From positions 616,694 through 636,693 of the forward strand of contig JBDOQK010000011.1 of assembly GCA_040437565.1 (NCBI GenBank): DNA of 20,000 nt. The letters run 5' to 3'. The notes beneath the pieces were generated by a model. It saw only the letters and a list, made by a program, of their open reading frames with translations, did not search any database and was not told the origin of the DNA. The DNA is from Albugo candida (lineage: Eukaryota). Below, one piece after another: positions 1 through 9,904 of this stretch; position 1 is the first letter of the stretch, and each line of letters begins with the position of its first letter. The translations under genes and the position numbers were made by a program.

Positions 1-43
1 AAATGTGTCGCGAAGGTACGCGTGAAAGACGCTTACAAGCTCC

Positions 44-1447
44 ATGAAATTGCTCAAACGACAAATCGGTGAGAAAGATGGAGCTGGTCATGTTATTCTC
101 CTTGCAGAAGAATCCGAAGACATGTGGCATATCTATAATCTTATACAAGTTTCCGATCAGATCAAAACCTCGACCATACGAAAAGTTGCAAATCTTTGCA
201 TTTTCCAAGGAAATGCTAAGCTGTAACATGCTCGTAGGTCGTAAAGGAAGGCGCAACTGGGTCCACGTCTAGCCAACGTGTACGCTTGAATCTCCAGATA
301 CAAGTGAGCTATCTCTTTTCTGATCTGATCGACTCAACTGAGACTATCCGTGGTAGATCGAAGAATTTCATTTCGACCCAACGCAATGTGCACTTCGTAT
401 CAAAGGAAAGAATGTGATGGAAAATCCCCATGTCCGTGTAGGTGATGAACAAGCAATACATCGACAAAATCCATTACCAACGTTTTTCATCATAGCTGGG
501 CGCCTATCACACTCTGGATTTGGAAATGAATCAAAAGTTTACACTGACTAAAGAGTGCTGGGATCTCGTGTCATTGGAGCGAATTGAAATGGCTTGTGAT
601 ATTTCCAAAACCGCTGAACTTGGCGCTGTGGTTATGCAACTTGGTCTAGCACATTTGTGTCTGATCAAAAGCCACATGACAGTAATAAAAGCACGGGTAG
701 AGATGAATATTGCAAAGAAGCGAACTGGTAGCACCGCACATGGCAAGTGTGTCATCAAATTTTACGAAAGTGTAATGCAAGCAATCAAGCGACATTTTGA
801 TTTCAGTCTGCTGAAATGTGTCATCCTTGCCAGTCCGGGATTTGTCAAGGAAGATTTTCACAAGTATTTGATGGAACAGGCTGTGCGACAAGATGATAAA
901 TTACTGCTAGAGAATAAGAGTAAATTTCTATTATGTCATTCATCATCGGGACACAAGCACGCACTGGATGAAGTCTTGAACGACGCTGTACGTGTTGTAG
1001 GACTGGAGACTATCGAATGGTGCACCGACTTACTGATTTGTTCTTTAATAGGCTGTGTTATCCCAAGTTGCGGATACAAATGCTGTAGAAGATGTCAAGT
1101 GTCTAGATACTTTTTTCAAAATGCTCCACGAGGATCAAGATCGTGCGTACTATGGCTACAAACACATTATGAAAGCGGACGAACAACTGGCCATTGACAC
1201 TCTCATGATCACTGATGAGTTGTTCAGATCAGAGGAAATTAAAACTCGAAGAAGATACATCGATCTGGTTGAAAGTGTACGGGAGCACGGAGGCAACGTG
1301 CGGCTCTTTAGCAGTATGCACATTTCTGGCGAGAAGCTCGGACAGCTGAGCGGAATCGCCGCTATTTTGAGGTATCCTTTACCGGAATTGGACGATCCAG
1401 AAGACGATTCCGAAGAAGAAGAAAAAACAAGTCGGCCGCAGGAGTAA
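44..1447 (+). CDS. PELO: Protein pelota / Dom34 (ribosome rescue factor, eRF1 family), ~391 aa; exons 44-184, 238-303, 357-437, 496-987, 1052-1447
   Basis: Spliced translation gives MKLLKRQI...EESEDMWHIYNLI...STIRKVVKEGATGS...[25 protein letters not shown]...ASPGFVKEDF...HSSSGHKHALDEVL...RAYYG...LFSSMHISGEKLGQLSGIAAILRYPLPEL, all typical pelota blocks. Four GT-AG introns (53, 53, 58, 64 nt) restore one frame. Confidence 0.96.
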
Positions 1448-1494
1448 TTGTACACTAATATGACCTCATTAGCAAATTGATCATACTTTCACAA

Positions 1495-2115
1495 TCAAAC
1501 TGATGAAGCTATGGCACTCGGCGATGCTGCAGCCTGTGATGCCAATGAAGCTGATGGGTGATTACTGTGGTGTGCGTTATGGAGCTGCGCTACCAAATTA
1601 CACAATTCTTTTTCAAATTCCGCAGACGAAATGCACTCTCCAATCGGTGTAAAGGGATTCGAAATGACGTCCACGTAGAGCTTATGTACCTGTTCGAGAA
1701 ACTACACACAAATGACTCTAGTAAGCAGCCAAACCTCATAGATAATGACTCTCAACAAACTGCTCGAACCGTTCGTATTTCCGAGTCGCGTGCTGGTTGC
1801 CGTTGCAATACGGCAATGAGTTTGATGTTCGTATTGGTTATATATCCATAAACACGGTAATCTTCAATCGGTGAAAGAAATCCTAGATACATTTCATTCT
1901 TAGCGGCGACGGAAGTCCACGAACGAAGCTTTTCTTCCACCAGATCCAATGAGACGTGAACGATATGACGAAACGTCAAGTCCTCATCCTCGTCGAATGT
2001 GCGTAAATATAAAGGGTTATTCTACAACAGCGAGATAGCTTCATTGTGCTCTGTCTGATTAAAGTATTCACGATGTTACCGCTGCGCCGACCACAGCAAC
2101 ACAAGCAATAAGCAT
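1495..2115 (-). CDS. TRAPPC2L: Trafficking protein particle complex subunit 2-like (sedlin/longin family), ~164 aa; exons 2115-2080, 2021-1770, 1701-1495
   Basis: Spliced translation MLIACVAVVGAANNPLYLRTF...FRHIVHVSLDLVEEK...MYLGFLSPIEDYRVYGYITNTNIKLI...FLEQVHKLYVDVISNPF matches the sedlin-like TRAPPC2L pattern. GT-AG introns at 2022-2079 and 1702-1769. Confidence 0.92.
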
Positions 2116-2199
2116 CCTGTCAGGGTACCTTTACAAGTTAACGGACATATGTCGAGATATCTATAAGTTAGGTTTGTAATTCACTCGATTCCGGCACCA

Positions 2200-4752
2200 A
2201 TGATGATGGAAGTACCACCATGGAAGAAACATTGTGTGGCAATGGATCCAGAAACCAAAGAAGACTTGAACCCTGCAAACAACAAGGATTCAGAGTGGAA
2301 ATCCTCAAATATGTCCATTATCGCTCAATTCCAGCAAGATGATGCAAGTTTGTTCTCGTAAACGAATGACCATCGAGTGGCGCCTAATGTCTTTATTCAG
2401 GGAACAAGAATTGGACCGCAGATTGATCTTCCTCTGACATCCACCGTATGTCAACTTGAAGAGCTGGTGAATCAATTACAAGAAAACGGAAGTACGAAAA
2501 CACCGTATTCCTTCTACGTCAATGATACCGAAATCAGCAAATCTCTTGACATTACTGTCAAACAATTGGTACGTTTGCTTTCAAGTGTAATTTCGAAGTA
2601 TCTATTGACCGCCTTTACAACGTTGAAATGCTTCACAGGGTATCTCAACGGAAGCAGCACTGACAATCACATTTCAACCTTTAGCTGTGTTTCGAGTGCG
2701 TCCAGTGACGCGATGTAGCGATACACTTGAAGGTCACTCTGAAGCGATATTACATGTGAGTTTCAGCCCAGATGGAAAGAAGCTTGCAAGTGGAGGTGGA
2801 GATGCTACTGTGCGTTTCTGGGACACATCGACTTGCTTACCCAAATTCACTGGCCGTGGTCACAAGCATCATGTGCTTTGCACGGCTTGGTCTCCTGATG
2901 GGGAAAGGTTTTTATCAGGAGATAAAGTTGGCGAAATGCGTTTGTGGGACCCTTTGACAGGAAAGCAAATCGGGCAGCCAATCAAGGGTCATAAGCAGTG
3001 GATCACATCACTTAGCTGGGAGCCAATGCATGCAAACGCATCTTGCGAACGCTTTGCAAGTGCTTCCAAAGATAGCATGATCAAAGTGTGGAATGCACGT
3101 ACTGGTCGCCAAATCGCGTCTCTTTCTGGGCATGTGGACTCGGTCGAGTGCGTCAAGTGGGGAGGTGAAGGACTATTATACAGTGCTTCAAGAGACCGCA
3201 CTATCAAAGTTTGGGCAATGAATTCTGATGATCACACTGGCAAACTCATTCGTACTTTGACCGGACATGGCCACCGAATCAATTCATTAGCACTGAATGT
3301 CGATTATGTGTGCAGAACGGGGCCATTTGACCATGCAAACACGACATTTTCAGGTCGCGATCAGATGCATAAGGCAGCACTGACTCGATATCAGAATGTA
3401 CNNNNNNNNNNNNNNNNNNNNNNNNNNNNNNNNNNNNNNNNNNNNNNNNNNNNNNNNNNNNNNNNNNNNNNNNNNNNNNNNNNNNNNNNNNNNNNNNNNN
3501 NGACGCGATGTAGCGATACACTTGAAGGTCACTCTGAAGCGATATTACATGTGAGTTTCAGCCCAGATGGAAAGAAGCTTGCAAGTGGAGGTGGAGATGC
3601 TACTGTGCGTTTCTGGGACACATCGACTTGCTTACCCAAATTCACTGGCCGTGGTCACAAGCATCATGTGCTTTGCACGGCTTGGTCTCCTGATGGGGAA
3701 AGGTTTTTATCAGGAGATAAAGTTGGCGAAATGCGTTTGTGGGACCCTTTGACAGGAAAGCAAATCGGGCAGCCAATCAAGGGTCATAAGCAGTGGATCA
3801 CATCACTTAGCTGGGAGCCAATGCATGCAAACGCATCTTGCGAACGCTTTGCAAGTGCTTCCAAAGATAGCATGATCAAAGTGTGGAATGCACGTACTGG
3901 TCGCCAAATCGCGTCTCTTTCTGGGCATGTGGACTCGGTCGAGTGCGTCAAGTGGGGAGGTGAAGGACTATTATACAGTGCTTCAAGAGACCGCACTATC
4001 AAAGTTTGGGCAATGAATTCTGATGATCACACTGGCAAACTCATTCGTACTTTGACCGGACATGGCCACCGAATCAATTCATTAGCACTGAATGTCGATT
4101 ATGTGTGCAGAACGGGGCCATTTGACCATGCAAACACGACATTTTCAGGTCGCGATCAGATGCATAAGGCAGCACTGACTCGATATCAGAATGTACGAAA
4201 GAATCAACCGGAACGCTTGGTCTCAGGATCTGACGATTACACATTATTTTTCTGGGAGCCAGCCGTAAGCTAGAAGAAAAAGCATATGATGTTATCTAAT
4301 ATTTGCCTGCAGGAGAATAAAAAGCCATTGGAGAGATTAACCGGTCATGTCCAGCCAGTGAATCATATCTGCTTTTCACCAGACGGACGATACTTTGCAA
4401 GTGCTTCTTTTGACAAAAAGGTCAAAATCTGGAATGGCCACACGGGAAAATTTATCGCAACTCTGAGTGGGCACGTTGGAGCTGTGTATCAAGTTTGCTG
4501 GTCTAGTGACAGTCGATTGATCGTTAGTGCAAGCAAAGATTCAACAGTCAAAGTATGGGAATTAGCCGACTTGAAAAAAGCTAAAGTCACGTTACCTGGG
4601 CATGCAGATGAGGTATATGCGCTTGACTGGTCTCCCAACGGTGACAAAGTAGCTTCTGGAAGCAAGGATCGTACCATCAAAATGTACGTTCGGCCATTTG
4701 CTTCAACTTTGAGCTATAACGATTGGTGTACTTGTGCAGATGGAAGCACTGA
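2200..4752 (+). CDS. NLE1: Notchless homolog / Rsa4 (NLE domain + WD40 repeats, 60S biogenesis), ~508 aa after collapsing the duplicated segment; exons 2200-2343, 2401-2568, 2639-4264 (includes gap and duplicate), 4313-4683, 4740-4752
   Basis: NLE/UBL domain (AQFQQDDGTRIGPQIDLP...PYSFYVND...STEAALTITFQPLAVFRVRPVTRCS), then WD40 repeats (GHSEAILHVSFSPDG, ERLVSGSDDYTLFFW, YFASASFDKKVKIW, LPGHADEVYALDWSPNG...IKIWKH*). The start ATG is one of three tandem ATGs, so it is uncertain. Confidence 0.95.
2707..4196. repeat. Apparently exact 695-bp direct duplication (2707-3401 and 3502-4196) flanking a 100-N scaffold gap; probable unmerged contig overlap
   Basis: Sequence after the N run restarts at gacgcgatgtagcgatac, identical to 2707. 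ORF translations from the two copies are identical, with a 795-bp offset. Confidence 0.95.
3402..3501. other. Assembly gap (100 N)
   Basis: Run of n characters. Confidence 0.99.
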
Positions 4753-4864
4753 CATTTTTGATTGGTTGATAAAGAGCTCATTTCCTGAAGCGCGCGAAAT
4801 GTGCTTGATTGACAGATAACTTGCGGCATATTCAGTTTTTGCCGGATTATAAGCACATAATAGA

Positions 4865-5587
4865 ATGAAACGATCTCATGAAGCAAGCAGTAGAGTACTA
4901 ATGTTTCACTTCTCCGATCCCAGACAGACATCAGTGAATAAGAATTCAATGGAAAATTGTCGCACCCAAAACCTTTGTGCTGATTGGGAAGACAAACTGA
5001 AAAAACTTCGTCTAGACGACTCGGGTCCTCGACCTGGTCAAAGAACAAAGCGAAATCGTGATGCTACAGTACCTATCAGTAGGGCAAAATGTTTCTTTTT
5101 GCTACATCTTATGTGTGACTCCAACATGTAGATGCATTCAGCAGGATGATGATGAATGTAGGGTCTGAAAACAGGTTTTCAGACGACGTAAAAAGGAATT
5201 TGGGAGTACAGCGTTGCGGCGTCTGTCGTCAGCCGAACACGGACGTGCAGAGAAAAAGTAAGTTGAGAAAAGAGCCACAACAGCATCAGATTTGGCGATA
5301 CTTTTCAGGCTCCGATCATGCAATGACAAGACCCGAGATGAACAAGACGTCAAATACCATGCAGACGCTCGTAAAGTGTCATCACTGTGAGCAGAATATT
5401 GGGGTTTGTTGCGCTCGCAGTTGCGATGAATGTGATTCCGTTTTTTGCATCTTCTGCACCACATTGATGTACGTTGTCGCTCATTGTAATGGATCAAGTA
5501 ATAAAAAATTTTACTTGCAGATGTCTTGACAACGAAAAATGTTTATGCTTTCCATGTCACGATGGATTCGCCATTCAACCAAAATAA
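4865..5587 (+). CDS. Siva-like cysteine-rich zinc-binding protein, ~205 aa; exons 4865-5078, 5132-5468, 5521-5587
   Basis: Introns 5079-5131 (gtaggg...catgtag) and 5469-5520 (gtacgt...ttgcag) join the ORFs. The C-terminus CHHCEQNIGVCCARSCDECDSVFCIFCTTLICLDNEKCLCFPCHD resembles the SIVA C-terminal Cys pattern as recalled, with an upstream CGVC pair. The first exon is less certain. Confidence 0.7.
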
Positions 5588-8500
5588 ACTTGCTTGAATA
5601 AATTTCCATCCGAACGCAGATCTTCTACCGACCACAAAGACGCGCTCACATCACTGACTGAAAGATGCTTCATCGGCTCTTGTGTGTGGCATTCGGTCTC
5701 AGATATAACTTGGCTACTAATTGTCCTTTGTTGGGTCTCGGAAGTCTCTAGAGCGCAGAATTAATGAGGCATTATCTTTTGTTGACGAAACAGAGTAAAT
5801 TACCTGTATCTCGGTTTTGATATCGAAATTGGGCAAATGGATTTTTATCCAAGCCTGCACAGAGCATCATCTTAGTGTTAGGGAGATCTTTATCGTCTAA
5901 ACGCATTTTCCTCGCTTCTTTAGATAGCAAACGAGCTCATAGTTTGAGATTTATACTGCTGTGATTGCGACGTACTAGAGTGATCAAGGTAACCAGGGTC
6001 GAACTTCAAAGGTGAGCAGGCTAATTGCGGTTCTGCTATGGAAGAAGCCATGCTTTTTTCTTTCTGTAACATTTCTGTGGGTACTGCTACGTTGAGATGG
6101 AGCTGACACATTTTCTTGGTCGACGAGCTCGGCTTCTCTTGACGTCCACGCCTTGATGCACACACAGCACGAACAGGTTTAGGCTTGCTTCGGTCGTATT
6201 TTACAAAGGCAAAGGGATCGACTGCTTTTGAAGATTCGGGGCTTCGATACCTTTCTTGACTGTCTCTCAAGGTACATTCTCTGCTGATTTTGTCGCTATA
6301 ATTTCGATGGCGCTTTCGGGGTGTCACAATACCATGTTGTTGATCTGGAGAGATCATTTTCGTAGGCTTCATAAAATGCCTGATAGTTTGCTGTTTTGCA
6401 TTGGTGTGATGTGCAGTCAGGACGTTAACATATTTTGTGAATTTCTTCGTCTCTTTGAGATGACTAAGCTTCTCTTTCTTCAACTTGTCTCGTTCCAGCG
6501 ATCGCTGCTGCCGCATCCCCTCAAGGAATGGGCTACCATACTCGACATACCCACTTGTTTCCAATGGTAGGTTTATATAATCGTCTAATCCAACATACTG
6601 TTCATGCATCAATCGTATCTGCACCCATTCGTTCATCATAAGTTCGCATGGCATAGGTGCTAAGAGTGTAGTAGGAGCTTTGATCATGTCATCAAACGAT
6701 AAGAGCTTCTTGCCACAGAACACAATTAAGCAACATGTCTGCTTAGTGTTCCTGGGGTCCATCGGTCCGACACATTCACTTCCAATTTTGATTTGCAAAT
6801 TCTTACGATCATGTTGAATAATTGATTGAATTTTGAAAATGACGATGGATTGTGCTTGCGTTACCAAGCTTGTACAGAACTTGATGCTTTTGCACATAAT
6901 CTCACTCATGTACCCTGGATTTGCGACTGCAAGTTGTTGTATTGACCGTATCTGCATGCGACGCAAATCTTTCTCTGTTGATTCAACTACTCCATGGATC
7001 TGCCGTAGGACAGTGCTGTCGTTTCTGGTATTCCAAATACGTAAGTAGATGGTACGCCACAAATCGTATGCTGTCCAAAGCTTTTTACCCAACTGACGGT
7101 GTCTCAAATATTCCACGATGGCTGCGACAAAGCACTCTGTGAGGTAGTATTTGAATATCAAGGGAAATAATACCAGTCATTAAACGTTTCGCATTTTCTA
7201 CTATCTCATCACGTTCGAGCTGTAAACCAGTATCATTGATATCTATTCTTCCCAGAGCGGACTGGAGAAGAACGTTGTATTTGAATAATTTTCCTCGTCC
7301 TTGAGAAACTGAGGTATCGGTCCTGACGGCAAACCGCAAACTAAGTTTGCTTAATGCGCTAATATCAAGACGCTCGTTTCTCCGTAGCGGATGTTGCCCT
7401 CCATGACACGCCATCAAGAGTTCCAACAGTGTTGTGGTTGTCACGTCTATGACGTCGAGCTCTCGAATCCGTTTCATCGTCGAACGGTCCAGCGAATATT
7501 GATTCATCAATTCTCCGACATTCGTTTTGCAAACCTTATTTGCTTGCTTCGCCAGCGTGACCATACCCTCTTCGAGTAGGTCATCCAAGACTTGCGACAA
7601 TATATTTCTTGCATGTGAGTCGGACTCGTCATTTCGCTGTTTCCGAATATCGTGAATCAAAAATGATTGCTAGTCGTCCAAAGTCATAATCATCAATCTA
7701 AAAGGTGGCTATAACAACATACTTGTAGCCAAGACAGAGCGCTTTCCACGTCGTAGACTAGTAGAAGGAGGTAGTGAAAAATTTACAAGGATGCATGTAC
7801 CGACATACTTGCACCACGAATGACTTCTCCGTTGATAAATTCTGCAAGTTTGCTATGCATTGCACTTCTTATAGGAACCATTTCTGGATTGCTACAATAT
7901 CCGCAAATATAACGAAGAGAGGTCGACAGGTTGGGCCATCTGGCCATCTTACTCACGTAAATAGCTCTTCGTAGAATTTGACCATCTTGGATTTGGTCAT
8001 GATGACGGCCATACCGTGATTGTCGACTCCATGCCTTCCGGCCCGTCCAGCCATTCGCAAGATATCGGACGGTGAGTACTCAACGAAACCGTCCTCACCG
8101 ATGTAGACTTGCGTTGACTTGATGATGACCAATTTCGCTGTCTAGATTCAGTGATGATTAAACGGCTCAGGTAACAAGTTCTGATCTACCAGATTAGTAT
8201 CAACGAAGAACGAAGTCGTGCAACTGTTCGATGGATTTCTCGTAAATATCATACAGCTGAAACTCGTCTGAGCAATTACCATAACACTTGAATCTTTCCC
8301 GACTTGAATTCTTGATAAATAGAAGCCCTTCATAGTGCGGCCATAAAGCTACTGATAGTATACGTTTACGAAAGCTACTCACCTACTGTTATCATCCATT
8401 GCAGCATGATAAAAGCCAATATTATGCTTCAAAAGATGTTGTAGCTTGTCATCGTGCTTTGTGATGAGGAATGTCAAGCGAATATGATGGAATATGTCGA

Positions 8501-9827
8501 CCTACAACATTGATTTTTGACGATTTGTCTTGATCTTCCAAGGGTTTTGCAAGCTTCCTGAGAGTTATCGCCACATTCAGATCTCTCACCGAGCACCAAA
8601 TCAGTAAAGTTTCAGGTACTTTGCAAGCTCCTCGCATGACTTTCGGGAATTGCAAAATATGATGCTCGGTCTTTCACTGGGGTAGCTCTTCAGAATCTCT
8701 ACTACTTTCTGGTCCGATATTCTATAATGATATTAAATGAGTTTACGCTGGATATACCCGATGAGTAACCTTTCATGTACGAATGGGTTGTAGTGAGGAG
8801 CTACGTCCAACACCATGTTTGTCAATGGGACTACGATGACGCGCATCATGCATTAACCGCTATATCAAGCGCCTCTACAAAAGCAAAATGTACCCAGCCT
8901 ATGTTGAAACCCAAACTGCTTCACTATAAGAATGAAGGATGTTCAGACGTCTCCGTGATCAGCGCTTACACTAATCTGCATGTCTTCTGGGCAATCGATC
9001 CAAGTTGCAATGTCTTGAACATTGGAAATTGTATTAGAGACTGCCACTATTCTTCTACGATAGTGGCCATGACGCTTATTTTAGTCTTTTCTTCACACGT
9101 GTATCAAATTTAATCACATTTTATCATTTGAAGTGATCGGATGGTATTGTGACAGTTTGGTCCGGACAATCGCAACTTCAAGTGCGGCCCCACGAATGAC
9201 ATCCCCAATTTGATCCATTTCATCAATCAGCAGCAGTCCGACGGATTTTAGGAACATCTGCAATGTGAAAGTCTGCAGCTCTAGCCAAATTGAGTGATAA
9301 AACCACTCACGGTAGAAGAATTTCTGGTCATGCTGTCCCACTTTTTTGGAAATGGCAACAGCATTATTAGCTACCCCCAAGCTTTACCCTTTTACCTTTT
9401 CTGGAGTGGTAAGAATCACATGTGCTTTTTTCCATTCGCTTTCTGTAATTTCATCCTCCCCTGATACTTTCAGAAAATTCAACCCCAGCGATTTTTCTCC
9501 AAAACGCGTCTTCCAATCCTTCCATCTTGCCAGCCAGAATTGTCGCAGCTATCCTCAATAATCACGTAACACGACGCACCTATCGAGCAAGAGTCTTTTG
9601 TAGGGCAGAAGATATATGATTTTCTTTTGACGGGTTTCGTGATTCCGATGAAATTGAAACAAGCTGGCTTCCAAAATGAGAGTTTTTCCACTTCGATTAG
9701 GGGCACACACAAGAAGATTTTCCCTCCTCGTAAATGCTTTTGATAAAGTGGTCGACTGGAGCTCGGTTAGGTCTTGATGCGGAATGCACTCATCAAATGG
9801 AGATGGAAGCACTTGGTTGACGCGCAT
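5575..9827 (-). CDS. HFM1: MER3/HFM1-like Ski2-family helicase (meiotic crossover helicase family), multi-exon, with divergent motifs, probable Sec63-like region and long low-complexity C-terminus
   Basis: Spliced reading gives NLLVCAPNRSGKT, RWKDWKTRFG, HVILTTPEKWDSMTR, LLLIDEMDQIGDVIRGAALEVAIVR, RIVAVSNTISNVQDIATWI, PSIIFCNSRKSCEELA, IGFYHAAM, AKLVIIKSTQVY...EYSPSDILRMAGRAGRHGVDNHGMAVIMT, in Mer3/HFM1 order. The 3' exons 5917-5804 and 5747-5575 join via GT-AG introns 5918-5975 and 5748-5803. Not every internal junction was resolved. Confidence 0.82.
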
Positions 9828-9880
9828 TTATCGAAATCCTTTTGTATCAATAAGTGCGGTATGCCAAATGCAAATTTAGC

Positions 9881-9904
9881 TTCAACTTCAACTTCAACTT
9901 CAAC
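9881..9904. repeat. Short tandem repeat (TTCAAC)4 upstream of the helicase start
   Basis: ttcaacttcaacttcaacttcaac read directly. Confidence 0.85.

Noticed and set aside
2707-4196. Apparent NLE1 with an expanded WD40 array (528-aa ORF with internal repeat)
   Set aside because: The copies appear identical, abut a placeholder 100-N gap, and collapsing them yields a normal-length NLE1. Almost certainly an unmerged contig overlap, and the in-frame offset is coincidental.
5920-5922. TAA of the 413-aa ORF as the helicase stop
   Set aside because: It lies inside a well-formed 58-nt intron (GTACGT...AAAG), and two further in-frame exons follow.
531-9113. Many antisense or alternate-frame ORFs (e.g. 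531-758, 1558-1851, 4677-5048, 6256-6570, 8775-9113)
   Set aside because: Shadow ORFs of the real genes with no recognisable protein features.
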